Shown here piece after piece: positions 1 through 13,659 of a stretch of 64,000 nt of DNA (position 1 is the first letter of the stretch; each line of letters opens with the position of its first letter). The notes under the pieces were generated by a model. The model searched no databases. It had not been told where the DNA came from and worked only from the letters and a program-made list of their open reading frames with translations. The position numbers were made by a program, and so were the translations under genes. Source of the DNA: Eledone cirrhosa (lineage: Eukaryota); contig OZ024741.1 in NCBI GenBank assembly GCA_964016885.1, forward strand, positions 155,558,001 to 155,622,000, read 5' to 3'.

Positions 1-3
1 GCC

Positions 4-38
<35 letters not shown>

Positions 39-929
39 GGGAAGAAGACGCACGAGGTGACGGAGGTCATGAAATCGCTCCCGTAAGTTTTGAATTTTTA
101 ACATATTTAAATCATTTGTGAAATAACAACTCTTAGTACAAATGCTACGTAAAGCACCCGGCTTGAGCCCCAAAAAATTCGGACCCAAAATATATTGTTA
201 TAAGGCTCAAATATTCAAATATTCAACTTTGTATTGTACACTGTATATCCAAAAAAGAAAATGGCTATAAATGGAAGAAGAAGAACCCCCCCTCCTCTCC
301 TCTGGCTACACTATATAGGACAGCTAAACTCACCAACACCAGAAACTAGATACACCACCCACCCCATCATCTGTGTACACTAAACACAACAGCCAGATAA
401 CGACATTTTCACCTTCACCGCCACCGCTCACTACGGCCATCATTACCACCACTATCCCATCACCGCCGCCACCGCCCCTTGACTCCTTCACTACTGCCAC
501 CGCTACAGCACCATCACTACAGTAATACGGTCACATCACCGCCACCACTGCCTCGGTATCGACATCACCACCACCACTGTCTCAGTATCGCTACCGCCGC
601 CAGTCTCCCACTTCCCCCTGCTGGCTGCTACTTCCACATTATAGAATTCCTACTATTAACAAAGAGGAAGGCATCAAAATATATAGATAGACTCAAAAGA
701 AAAAAGAAAAAACAAACAACAAAACCAAAGCAGCACAGCAACAACAGCAAAAACGAGAAAAACAAACAGAGAAAAACAAAAACAAAAAAAGAAACCCCCA
801 AAACGTAAAGAAAATAAGAATGAAGAGAGAAGCAGGCGGACGGACAGAGAAGAGGGGGGAAAAAGTAAAACTTAAAAAACAAAAACTAAGTCAGACATTC
901 GAACACTACATTACAATGAAACTTATGCT

Positions 930-3900
930 TATTCATTTTTGGGGCCCTTTCTGCCTGTGTGTTTGTTTGTTTATGTGTGTTCGTATACAGCGTGGCGATA
1001 ATGCCACACAAGGGCCAAGTGGGATGGCGGATCCACAGATGGCTATGTAACCATACATTCGCCAATCCTCGATAAGAGTGTTTAAATATCGAACATAAAC
1101 AGTTCGAATAACGGTGAAATGGAGACTAGAACGTCATGTGACAGACTCTCACCCAACAGGTGCCCCCTGGCTCAGCAGCAGGAACCTGACTGTCAACCAA
1201 ATACTGCTGATGTTGGAGGAAGAAGAAGAAGGAAAGGGGCCAGAACCAACTGGACGAAAGAATTGAATAGAACTGTTATGCAATGCTACCTGAAAAGTAA
1301 CCCCAAGGAGAGGGGCTACAGGAGACGGATGCATAACATCTGGAACGAGATTGGTTTATTTAAATTAGATGAACAAAAATTGGCCGGGCAGGCTCGGGTA
1401 ATAAGAACTAATGGGTGGATAAGCGAGCTGGAACTGGAGGAACTGAGCAGAGAGAATGGCTTGGAGATGGCGGGTGTAGTATGCCAGACAAGCGAGCCGG
1501 TGGGAAATGAAGGTGAGGAGGTCCTGAGAACGGAGGAACCACCCGAAGCAGACAATGATCTGAATACTGAGATAAATAATACCTGGAACAGAGATACGGC
1601 CACTGAGGAGATGAATGCTGATGGGCTAGGACAAGATTCGGTTGACATCCTAAATTTAGTGGTAGATGAATTGAACAATGATAGTGGGAGACCTATGAAC
1701 CTAAGATTTGTAGACAGGAAAAAAGTTAAAAGAAACAACAGCTAAGGTAAACAAAGTCATCCCATACCTTGAGGCGAGGAGCCTTCACCAGTGCAACAAT
1801 ATCCTCAAAGCAACAGCAAATACGGTGAGGAAACTACTTGGTATAAAAGCGAGAGGAAACAACAGACAAGAAAGAGCAGAGCCGTGGTGGAAGAAGCGAC
1901 TGAGTGGGCAAATCGGGGAAATGAGAAATGACATAGGAAAGCTTGAGTCACTACTGAATGGGACACTAAAAAACATAGGCACTAAAAATAGACTGGAAAT
2001 AAAATACAAAACTAGGAGTAAAAAGCTAAATATTATCATAGAGGAATTGAAGCAACGCATTGTAGCAAAGAGTGCAAAAATCAGGCGATACGAGAACAGA
2101 GTCAGTCAGTATAAACAGAACCGCATGTTCGACAACAACCAGAAGATGCTGTTTGGACAGCTTGAGGGGAAAGAAAGAGGCAACGACTTGATCCCTGGGG
2201 CGGAACAAACTAAAACATTCTGGAGAGGAATATGGGAGCAGGATGTTAGACACAATGCCCAGGCAGGGTGGATTGAGACAGTACAGAGGGAGATCGGTGA
2301 GCAGGCACAACAACAGACTGATTTGAGTATCACAGTTGAAACTCTTAAGGGGCAAGCCAAAAAACTAACCAACTGGAAATCACCAGGCCCAGATGGTGTG
2401 CAGGGGTATTGGATTAAACATTTAACATCCCTCCACCCGAAGCTGACGGCCATGTTCAATGACTGCTTGGTGTCGGGTGAGGTGCCAGAGTGGTTGACAA
2501 AAGGTACCACAGTTCTGAAAATGAAAGACCGAATCAAGGGTAATGATGTTACCAACTATAGACCTATCACATGTCTGCCCGTAATGTGGAAACTGTTGAC
2601 GAGCATTGTGTCTGAGGAAATCTACCATCACCTCCACACAAACAACTTGTTACCGGACGATCAGAAAGGATGCCGAAAGAAGTCACGTGGTACAAAGGAC
2701 CAGTTGCTTATTGATAAGATGGTAATGGGGAATTGCAGGAGGAGACACACTGATCTTGCCATGGGATGGATAGACTACAGAAAGGCATTTGACATGGTGC
2801 CTCATTCCTGGATCACCAAAAGCCTGGAGATCTTCAGGGTGGCAGATAACATCAGACAGTTGCTAGGCAGGAGTATGGGGTCCTGGGAGACAGAGTTGAC
2901 ATCAACTGGAGTATCCTTGGGGAGCGTGAAGATCAAGAGAGGTATCTCCCAGGGAGATAGCCTGTCCCCTCTGTTGTTTGTCCTTGCCCTGATGCCCTTG
3001 ACCATTATGCTGCGAAAAGTGAGAGCAGGATACAAGTTGGGAAGGGGAGAGCTTACCATCAATCACCTCCTCTTCATGGACGATCTTAAGCTCTTCGGGA
3101 AAAGTGAGAAGGAGTTGGATGTGCTTGTTGACACTGTCCGTATTTTCAGCAGTGATATATGTATGCAGTTTGGTATTGGTAAATGTGGAGTCATTGTGAT
3201 GAAGAGGGGTAGGTTGAGCAGAAGTAACGGGATCCAGATACCAACAGGTGAGATGATAAAGGAAATTGACTCTGAGGAAGGATACAAGTATTTGGGCGTT
3301 CTGGAGGCTGATGGCATAATGAACAAAAAAATGAAGGAATTGTTAAGAACTGAATACATTCGGAGAGTAAGGAGCGTATTGAAGTCACATCTGAACAGCA
3401 GAAATGCCATAAGCGCAGTAAATTCCCGAGTGGTGTCTATTATTAGGTACAGTGCGGGAATTCTGAGATGGAATGTTGCTGAACAAAAAGAAATGGATAG
3501 GAAGACTAGGAAGCTATTGACTATCTACAATATGTTCCACAAGAGGAGTGATGCCGATAGACTCTACCTAAGGAGATCTGAGGGTGGAAGAGGTCTTATC
3601 AGCATAGAGGACTGTGTTCAGATGGAGAAAAACAACCTATACAAATACGTGACCTATAGTAAAGAGCCAATGCTCAGAACTGTACTGAAGGAGGGGACAG
3701 TAGGCCAGGGGATGTCCAAGGAGGAAATAACATCAAGGAGGAAGAGCAGCCTTAAGGGAAAATCCCTTCATAGTACCTTCTTTGAGAAAACTGAATTTAG
3801 AGATCCACAGACATGGAACTGGTTGAGAAGAGGAGACCTCAAAAAGGCTACAGAAGGAATGCTAATGGCTGCGCAGGAGCAGGCCCTCAAAACAAAGTGG

Positions 3901-4590
3901 CTGAAGCACCATATCTACAAGGAGGAGGCTAGCCCACTGTGCAGGATCTGTGGAGAGAGAGAGGAGACTGTGGCTCACAATGTGTCCGAGTGTAAACACC
4001 TAGCCCAGACCCACTATAAGGGCTGGAGACACGATGTGATGGGCAGGGTGATCCACTGGCACCTGTGCAAAGTAAACAATCTACCACATTCTGAGAAATG
4101 GTATGAGCATAGGCCAGAGGCGGTGATGGAGAACAATCAGGTGAAGGTGCTGTGGGATTTTAGGATACAGACGGACAAAAAACTGGAACACAATAGACCT
4201 GACCTGGTGGTTGTGGACAAAGAAAAAAGATCGTGCCTGATTGTGGATGTGGCCTGCCCGTTCGACACGAGAGTGCAAGAGAAGGAGAGGGAGAAAATTA
4301 ACCGATACCAGGACCTAAAGTGGGAGGTGAAAAGGATTTGGAACTGCCATGAAGTCAAAGTGATCCCGATTGTCATAGGCGCACTGGGGACTATCTCCAA
4401 AAGTTTCCAGGGATGGTTAAAGAAAATCGGCCCCTTCACGCTTTTTGGAACGCTTCAAAAGGCATGCTTGCTTGGAACAGCAAGAACCCTCCGATACGTC
4501 CTGAATATCTGAGGCTGCAGGTAGTGGCTTGATATTCAATCCAACGGACTTTCCAGTTAACCAACATCAATGACTGAGATTCAAGGAATA
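930..4590 (+). mobile_element. R4/Dong-type (RLE-clade) non-LTR retrotransposon, near full length; 5' boundary approximate
   Basis: RT motifs (YRPIT, WIDYRKAFD, QGDSLSP, LFMDD), CCHC knuckle CRICGEREETVAHNVSEC, RHD motif and PD-(D/E)xK RLE (RPDLVVVD..IVDVACP). A short 3' UTR runs into (TAA)n at about 4590-4637. Confidence 0.93.
1119..4512 (+). CDS. R4/Dong RT-ZnK-RLE polyprotein, about 1130 aa if a +1 frameshift at the A-run near 1719-1724 is corrected
   Basis: ORFs 1119-1745 and 1825-4512 join on removing one A: ...DRKKLKETTAKVNKVIPYL... No other stop. Confidence 0.88.
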
Positions 4591-4636
4591 ACAATAACAA
4601 TAATAATAATAATGATAATAATAATAATAATAATAT

Positions 4637-6463
4637 TAATTGTGGAATTTTTCAGGGTGACTCTTTATAACCGCTTTTATTCTGCATCGCACTTATACCA
4701 TTAAGTAAAATGCTCAATGAAACAAAACATGGATATAGAGTCTATGACAAAACCATTAATCACTTGTTCTACATGGATGACCTGAAATTATTTGCAAAAA
4801 ATGATGAACAATTGCAAGGGCTATTATCCACTGTGGAGCAGTTCAGTGATGACATTAAAATGGAGTTTGGACTAGATAAATGCGCCAAAGCAACGTTCAC
4901 CAGAGGAAAGCTGCTGAAGAGTTCAGACATTAATCTTGATCGGGGGAACGTGATAAGAGAACTTGATCAAGAAAAAACTTACAAACATCTAGGTGTTTGT
5001 GAAGGAGACGGAATCAAGCACTCGACAATGAGGGAAAGGATAAGGAAGGAATGTTACCGCAGAGTAAGAGCAATCTTAAGAACGGAATTGAATGCAAGGA
5101 ATAGGATCGATGCCATAAACACGCTTGCCATACCAGTAGTAACCTACAGTTACAATGTCATCAACTGGTCAAGCACAGAGATCCGTAGGCTCGATACAAA
5201 AATTCGAAAATTCTCAACCATGCACAGAATGCATCACCCTAAGGCAGATACAGATAGAATATATCTCCCTAGGAAAGAAGGAGGACGTGTGTTAATCCAG
5301 TTAGACATTGCGTTGAAAACTGCAACAATTGGATTATCTACATATCTAAGGGAATCACATGATTGGATGATCAAACTCGTTTTGAAACACGAAAGCATCA
5401 AAAGATCATATTCCATTACAAAAGATGCACAAAGATACAGTAATGGACTACACATTTCAGAAGTCCCATTTACTGCTGAAATGGAAAACATAGAAAAAGC
5501 AAAGCAGGTAAAAGTAACTGCAAAGAAAGAACTGCTACAGAAACTGGCTAAGAAATGACAAGAAAAGCCTCCGTATGGAAAATACCCAGAACGAGCTAAC
5601 AATCCTGATGTTGACAAAACTTTAACCCATCAGTGGTTGGCATCCTCTGGACTGAAATCGGAGACTGAAGGACTGATTATATCAGCACAAGATCAGTGTC
5701 TGCCAACAAAAAATTACCAAGCCAACATAATAAAAAATGGATGCAGCCCATTATGCCGTGTATGCAAAAAACAACCAGAGACCATTGACCATATAATTTC
5801 AATGTGCAGTCCTATAGCTCCAACCGAATACCTAAACAGGCATGACAGAGCTGCACAATACATACATTGGATAATGTGTAAGCATTTTGACTTGTCCCAT
5901 CAAAAGAATTGGTGGGAGCATCAACCACCTCCCATACTTGAAAAAGATCACATCTCAATCCTGTGGAACTTTAGCATCCAAACAGACCGAAAAATAGATG
6001 CAAATAGACCTGATATAATATTGAAGGACTTTAAAAAGAGGGTATGCCTACTAATTGAAATGTCCGTTCCAATAGACAAGAATGTATCTATAAAAACATT
6101 TGAAAATTTGAGCAAGTATAAGGACCTGGAGATAGAAATTGGAAAAATGTGGAAATTGAGAACTAAAACAATACCAGTGGTTGTAGGCGCTCTAGGAATG
6201 ATACCTAAGGGGTCTAATGATTACTTATCGCAAATCCCAGGAAACCCGCGTATAGGAGAAATACAAAAGATAGTACTAATGGGAACTGCCCATATACCAA
6301 GGAAGATTCTGTCAATATAAGTACATCACAAGTCTAAACACTAAAGATGCATGTGTGAGTATGTATGTTCTTTCTTGAACATGGCGGACCTTGTTGTCTC
6401 TTGAGGTCACTGGTTGTGACTTGGTGATAACTCGTATGAACATAAAGCAAGATAAATGCAGCT

Positions 6464-6465
<2 letters not shown>
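4637..6465 (+). mobile_element. Second, diverged R4/Dong-type LINE, 5'-truncated, with stops
   Basis: Starts at GIFQGDSL*PL. ORFs 4710-5558 (FYMDD) and 5637-6320 (CRVC..H..C, RHD, RPDII..E..K) are split by an in-frame TGA. (TAA)n on both sides. Confidence 0.9.
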
Positions 6466-6499
<34 letters not shown>

Positions 6500-7443
6500 G
6501 TAATGATTACAGCGGCTCTCACCACACTAGAAATAACAACAAAAAGCATTGCAATTGTGGAAACCCTAACAACTGTCCGCTCCAGGGCCACTGCCTGATT
6601 AAAAATGTAATCTACAAATGCGCAGTGACCACCAGCAATAGCACTATGTTTTACATAGGCGCCACTTGTAATGAGTTCAAAACTAGATTTTGATCGCATC
6701 TCCACTCTTTTAGAAATAAGAAACTCAGGTTCTCTACCTCCCTTGCTAGTTATATCACACAATTAATGGAATCTAACACTAATTACACTACTCAGTGGCC
6801 TATAGTATATCAAGCAACGCCTTACAATTTTAGGAAGAATTGTCAGCTATGCCTAATGGAAACTTAGTATATAGTAAGCTCACACCATATATTTATCAAT
6901 AGAAGAGCTGAGACTGTAATAAATTGCAACCACAGACTACAACACTCATTCTATAACTGGTCTCTAGACCAAGGGTAACCTTCAATCCCGACAGCTGCCT
7001 ACATTACACCACCATTAAGTACTTCCTATAATAGTTCAGCTTAAGTACAATATTTAATGATGCTCTTAACCAGCCACCTAACATTTGCCTAAGCCCTATC
7101 CAACACCTACTGAATTAAACCCACTCCGCCAAATCGTCCTCTTAGCTGATATATACAATATATTTAGGAGTGCTTTTCTACCGTTTCACGGTGCAGTTAC
7201 CTCCCTTGGGGATTAGGCCCATTTCTCAGTCGCCATTATTAGTTTTGTTCCGATGCATGGAGACTTATATCTACCGAGAATTGTTTCAACCAGATTGGAC
7301 GGTATATTTATTGACAGACATTGTATTAACAAACACATTTCTCTGAAGGGCCCGCATTATACTTTAAGGCGGGTGAAACATTATGTGAGATTTGCATAAA
7401 GAACCTTTTATAACGGCTAGTAACTACTTCATTTATTTACTTG

Positions 7444-7446
<3 letters not shown>
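6500..7446 (+). mobile_element. Penelope-like (Naiad-like) element, 3' fragment: GIY-YIG endonuclease plus 3' UTR
   Basis: CNCGNPNNCPLQGHCLIKNVIYKC..FYIGAT..FKTRF*SH..CQLCLME..INRRAE..CNHR. Degenerate hammerhead at 7340-7390; ends at (TA)n. Confidence 0.85.
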
Positions 7447-7514
<68 letters not shown>

Positions 7515-7573
7515 CAAGGCTCTAATACCATCAACACTATAAACACAGAGCTGGCATATGTAAGAACTGACTA

Positions 7574-7629
7574 AGTGCCTGATGAGGTCATAGACATTCA
7601 ATGGGTATCATCGAAATATATATAGCAGT
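7574..7629 (+). ncRNA. Minimal type-I hammerhead ribozyme within a ~165-bp element (7509-7673)
   Basis: TGC-CTGATGA-[stem II GGTCATAGACATT/AATGGGTATCATC]-GAAA-TATATA-TA-GCA. Second copy at 62280-62335. Confidence 0.75.
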
Positions 7630-7668
7630 ACATAAAGGATTATGAGTTCATGCAATTGACATATTTCG

Positions 7669-7707
<39 letters not shown>

Positions 7708-7821
7708 AGATCAAAAGATGGTTATTGATCTTATATTATTTATACTCCAGTCCTACAAACTGTAGAGTGCTACTTATCCGATATCTGCATTGCTTTATTG
7801 TACTACAATAAAACTCACCTC

Positions 7822-7856
<35 letters not shown>

Positions 7857-8006
7857 TTACAAATTAAATATATATATGGTTTGCAAGGTTTTTGGCATGA
7901 AATAGTGTGTTGAAACAAATATTGTTATATTTGGGGAGAAATAATAATAAAACACACTCACTGTTTGGTTTGTATTGGTTTTCGCTTCTGTATCTTTTAT
8001 ATCTCC

Positions 8007-8254
8007 ATAGTTAATTCGTCTGGCAATCGATGTTTATCATTGATTGACCAACCGTTAAAAATACAGATATAAATATATATAGTTTATCAAATTGAATTAA
8101 AATGGCGTAGACATTACAATACAATGGGAGGAAACATAATAGTACCACTGATGATGTCACAGGTGTGTGATAAAAGAACTTTGAGAGACTATATATATAC
8201 ATATATATATTTATATCTGTATTTGTAACCGTTGATTGCCAGATAAATTAACTA
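8007..8254. repeat. Imperfect inverted repeat around a half hammerhead (CTGATGA-TGTCAC..GTGATA at about 8148-8172); probable Penelope pLTR debris
   Basis: atagttaattcgtctggcaatc..atacagatataaatatatat is mirrored by atatatatttatatctgtat..gattgccagataaattaactat. Confidence 0.55.
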
Positions 8255-8261
8255 TACATCA

Positions 8262-8349
<88 letters not shown>

Positions 8350-8358
8350 CATACATAT

Positions 8359-8402
<44 letters not shown>

Positions 8403-8489
8403 GCTATGGGTATGTAATAGGTATATGTATATATACAAATATATGTATACATACATATCCCTATTACATACCCATATATATATATGTGT

Positions 8490-8528
<39 letters not shown>

Positions 8529-8809
8529 TGTGTGTGTATGCATCTTGTCATCAACCTCAATAGCTCTTCTTATCTCATTTGTATTCACAGAAATGGGAAG
8601 AACATAAACATATATTGTGAGTAGAGAATAGATATATTCCATTCTGAAGAGAAGTTTAATTCCATGTATGAAACATATCAATAATATAAAGAGCTATATA
8701 TACGTTATTATATGTATTATCTAAAACTAAATCAATATAGTTTTCTAAATGTATTATAGTATTTAAATTACAGGCAACGCAACTCAGCACCTGGTGCACA
8801 ATTCACATG

Positions 8810-8840
8810 TATATAAGAGTAAGTTAAATGATACAGTTAA
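8810..8840 (+). promoter_or_regulatory. Candidate TATA box and initiator
   Basis: TATATAAG at 8810, then ACAGTT about 25 bp downstream, just ahead of a signal-peptide-like exon. Confidence 0.3.
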
Positions 8841-8887
8841 ACCGTTTCAAACCTGAACGTTGTTGAAATCTTTCTGTAATATTCGCA

Positions 8888-8924
8888 ATGAGGCTCTCAA
8901 TTTTTCTCTGCGTTCTCCTTATAG
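8888..8924 (+). CDS. Candidate host first coding exon (signal peptide MRLSIFLCVLLI, phase 1)
   Basis: ATG, Arg, hydrophobic run, ending in the donor AG|GTAATG, in non-repeat sequence. Confidence 0.4.
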
Positions 8925-9143
8925 GTAATGTCTATTCTTTTATTATTTTATTTAGTCATAAGACTGTCCATCTAATTATGTTTTCAAGTTTGGTATTTAT
9001 TTCATCGATCTCTTTTATATCGAACCGCTAGGTTATTGGATAAAATCTCTTAGGTAGAGACCTAAACGTAAATAAAGACACCGATACACGTACATAAACA
9101 CACACACACACCCGCACACAAGCCCATACACTCATACAGGGAT

Positions 9144-9192
<49 letters not shown>

Positions 9193-9232
9193 TATATATA
9201 TATACATATATACACACACATGCACACACATG

Positions 9233-9267
<35 letters not shown>

Positions 9268-9272
<5 letters not shown>

Positions 9273-9482
9273 GATTTCTGGTTTAGACACAAGGGCAACA
9301 GTTTTGTCGGAGGAAAGTCGATTAAATCGACCCAGTGCATTACTGATGCTTTATTTATCGACCCCGTAAGGATGAAAGGCAAAGCTAAACTAGGCGAGAT
9401 TTGAACTTAGAACGTAAAGGGCCACAACTCTATGTCGCAAAGCATCTTGTCCGACGCCCAACCGATACTGCCAATCCACCGA
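9268..9482 (-). mobile_element. tRNA-derived SINE (main family in the window)
   Basis: A-box-like TGGCAGTATCGGT, B-box GTTCAAATC, body CCTTTCATCCTTACGGGGTCGATAAA, ATT tail; many homologous copies in the window. Confidence 0.85.
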
Positions 9483-10089
9483 TATATACATAATATAGAT
9501 TTATCTGTATATATACCGACTAGAATTAACCGAGACCTGGTAACTGTGCATATACATTTACATCTTTTTAATATCTAAAAACGCCAATTTACAGAGAAAT
9601 GCGTATAATTATACGCATTTCACTGTAAATTGAAAAATACTATATATCCGTAATTAATTTTTCAAATCTGCATAGCTTTTCACCAGACAATATGTACATC
9701 ATTTAAACAAGGAATTACGCTAATGAGTGGCTTATATATCTTATCACATATAATACTGTCCAGAAACAGACGTACTAAATTGCATATTATTAGTTCTTAT
9801 ACTGGTAGCTAATTAAGATATATTTTTTGTTGTCTACTAAGCAACCGAAATATATGATAAAGATATATCTCTGTATTTACAGAATAGAGGAAACCTTGAC
9901 TGCGTAAATATGAATATAAATGTACACATTTTAAATATATAGACATGTAAACATACTTGTCGTTTCTGCCCGCAAGACAACTCCCCGAATATCGGCTTAA
10001 AATAACTTGCAAAAAACGTTCGACCGTTATGAAGGCAAATGCATCAATGTGATAATTTGCTCATTTGAGACGCCAGCAGTAACATACTT

Positions 10090-11325
10090 GGAACCTTGTC
10101 AAGAAACTTTCCCCGAAAAAATCTCGCACGGTGATATTCATTGAGAGTGAGGACTGAATCTACTAAAAAAAATTGATGAACACTGATCCAGCTATTCATT
10201 CGCATGGTGAACCAGTTGAGAAAATGTTTGATCCCTTCACTGCAATAAAGCAAGGTGAATTAACACAGGTAGAGGTAGACATTGCAATTCGTCAGTTAAA
10301 AAAAACAAAACCGAAAGGCACCACGCCTGGATGACCGCCCTTCACAGCTTTTGTGAAGGAGTTTCCTGAAGCTCTGTAATGAAACCTACCATAGAAACTG
10401 TTCCAATAAATAGGGAATCTCCGGTCAAATGTCAATACCGACGAAAGGTGACCTAACATAAACAGATAATTAGAGAAGCATTTCGTTCTCCCAATTTACA
10501 GCCAAGATTTACAACCGTTGTCTACTAATCAGAATTCAACCAGTTGTCGAAATGGCTTTCGCCAAGGTCGCTCAACCACATCCCTCATACTTGCTCCTAT
10601 CCGTATAGTAGAAGAACTCATAAACCATGGCATGGAAGCTATATGAATATTTATCGATTTTCGAAACACACTTGACTACATCAATCCCCAGAAAATGCTT
10701 GAAATTCTCGAAGCTTACGGCAGTCCCCTTGATGTAGCCAACGCAATCCAAGTCATGTGGGACTCATACATTCAACACCAACCCAGGTGTTCTCGCATGT
10801 AAGCCGCTCGCCCCATTCTTATTCATAATCTGTGTAGACAATTTATTATGCACTTCGATCACTGAAATCAATAACCTGACATTCAGACGACGTCGTAGTT
10901 GCCGTCCTCCTGCTGAAATCATAGCTGATCTTGACTACTCTGACGACATTGTGTTTCTCGAAAATACGATTGAAGTTGCACAGCATGTTCTCATCATATT
11001 TGAGAAGGCATGCCAGGGTGTTGATATGTTTCTGAATGCACCAAAGACGAAGTACATGCACTTGAACCCATCTACCAACGATCACCTACACGCATCAGAT
11101 GGCACAAGATATCAAACTCGTGAATGATTTCAAGTATCTTAATAGTTACACCGATGTCAAGATTGCTCAGTCGTGGAATGTGTTTCACTGTTTGCAGACG
11201 GTGTGGAAGGCGGCCATCCACAAGGACACAAAAGCAAGGGTGTTTCTGATCTGTATAGAAACGATCCTTCGATACGGCTCGGAGTCGTGGACGTTGAATG
11301 CTGTTCACCGCAAGAGAAATAATGG
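10090..11325 (+). pseudogene. Degenerate RTE/RTE-X-type LINE reverse transcriptase
   Basis: Broken motifs KGDLT..DN*RSIS, NGFRQGRST, FIDFR, LDYSDDI, VNDFKYL, ILRYGSESWTL. Confidence 0.75.
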
Positions 11326-11359
11326 TACACACACACACACGTACACACACACACACACA

Positions 11360-11474
<115 letters not shown>

Positions 11475-11609
11475 ATATATTTGTATATGTATACATATAT
11501 AAATGTATATACATATATATGTATATATATATATGTCTTATGGTAGCTAAGATTCGTCCATAGGTGGTATGCCGGTTGAGCACTCTGTGCTCCTACGGAG
11601 CAGAGTATG

Positions 11610-12120
<511 letters not shown>

Positions 12121-12195
12121 GTGTATATAGATATATAGATATATATATATATCAAAATGAAAATCCAAAGGCAAGGTAAAATTCCAATCATTTAA

Positions 12196-12269
12196 TCACG
12201 ACACATGTTTCAATAAGAGATAGATCGATTATGAAGCCATGATCGATTATCACTGTACTTATCAGGTGA
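12196..12269 (-). ncRNA. Hammerhead motif in the Naiad terminal repeat; truncated copy at 16630-16689
   Basis: TCAC-CTGATAA-[long stem II]-GAAA-CATGTG-TC-GTGA on the minus strand. Confidence 0.65.
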
Positions 12270-13659
12270 AAATGAATTGTCTTCAAATTCTTGATATGAG
12301 GGAGAAAAAATAACGATGTTCTCTCACAGAATTCATTCCCTCATATGGAGACACACCAGTCAGTCAGAGACATGGCGACTGCTATTAGCTTTAGTTGAGG
12401 TCATAAAAGTTTTCAGATTTCTATCGCTGCAAAAGACGCTGGACATCAATCAAATCTGTAGGGATACAGTCAGTCATAGTTGAAAGTGAGTGGGTACACA
12501 CACACTCCACACCTACATACATCGGCTCGAGGTCAAAGAAAAATATATACATATATATACACACATCAACACAGTATTAAACCCGTAGAATTAACGTGGG
12601 TGGGTACACACACACTTACACACACACCGAAGCAATGTCCGAGAAAAAAAAAACAAATATAATAAAACAAATATAAGAATGTACCTACACAGCACTCACC
12701 GAAAGTTAGTTCACAAAGCAACAGAAGCTATGTCGGTCAAATCTCAATTTGACGATGTAAATTGGAAATATTGGGTTAACCAACGTCCCACACACACACA
12801 CACACACACGCGCGCGCGCACAAGTACGTTCAGTTCAGTGGTCTGCTATACGTGTATAAATCGAATTGTAACATCCATATCTTCAAGTGTGTGTTATGGT
12901 ATAGACGCATCCGAATCGTCCAAAAAAAAAGGGGGGGGGGTATGTCCGGGTATATACACATCCATGTGAAAAGCAAGCAATCAGCTCATGTCGAACTCCT
13001 TGTGTACCGCTGTCCCGTTGAGAATCCGTGTCACCAAATCCGTGCCTGCAAGCAACTGCAATGTGGGCCGGCAAAGGGCTCCGTGTAGGGTTGGGTATTG
13101 GGTAAATGCGTCCAGAAGTGCGAATTCCCATCACATGGGCAAATGAGCTTTTAAGATAGTTGTTTGAGTGGTGGAAGTGTGTTATCCAACACAGAAGGTG
13201 AAGTAAGAAAACACAGGACAGTAAAATCCAAAGGATGTGTGTATAGCCCATTAATGGTGTGTCAGTATTATTGTTCAATCCGTAACAGTGAGTCCTCCAT
13301 GGTTAGATGATCACGCATCAAAACCTCGTGTAGTGTTTAGTCGGTAGTAACGTGACAGTCGTAATTGTGGGAGCTCAATGTCTAAAGGAAACGGGTACTG
13401 TGTGTAGAGCTATGCATAGAGACCGTAATCGGTCCTAACTAAGTGTGTAATCAATCTAACTATTTACTAGCTAGGTATTCTAAAAGAGAGCACTCAGCTG
13501 TGAGAACTCCGTGGAAACAGGCCGAGTATCGTTTGCAAGTGCGAAAACAATCTTAGCCGTCTAACTACCTAAGTGTGTGACTGTCCGTTTATTGAGAGAA
13601 CTCTATGGCTAAAGTAGAGAGGGAGGAGTTATTGGTAGGTTACCTTCCAAAAATCCTGC

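Noticed and set aside
6691-6693. TGA in the first Naiad fragment as selenocysteine
   Set aside because: Not at a Cys position; likely CGA>TGA decay, and the copy has a further TAG.
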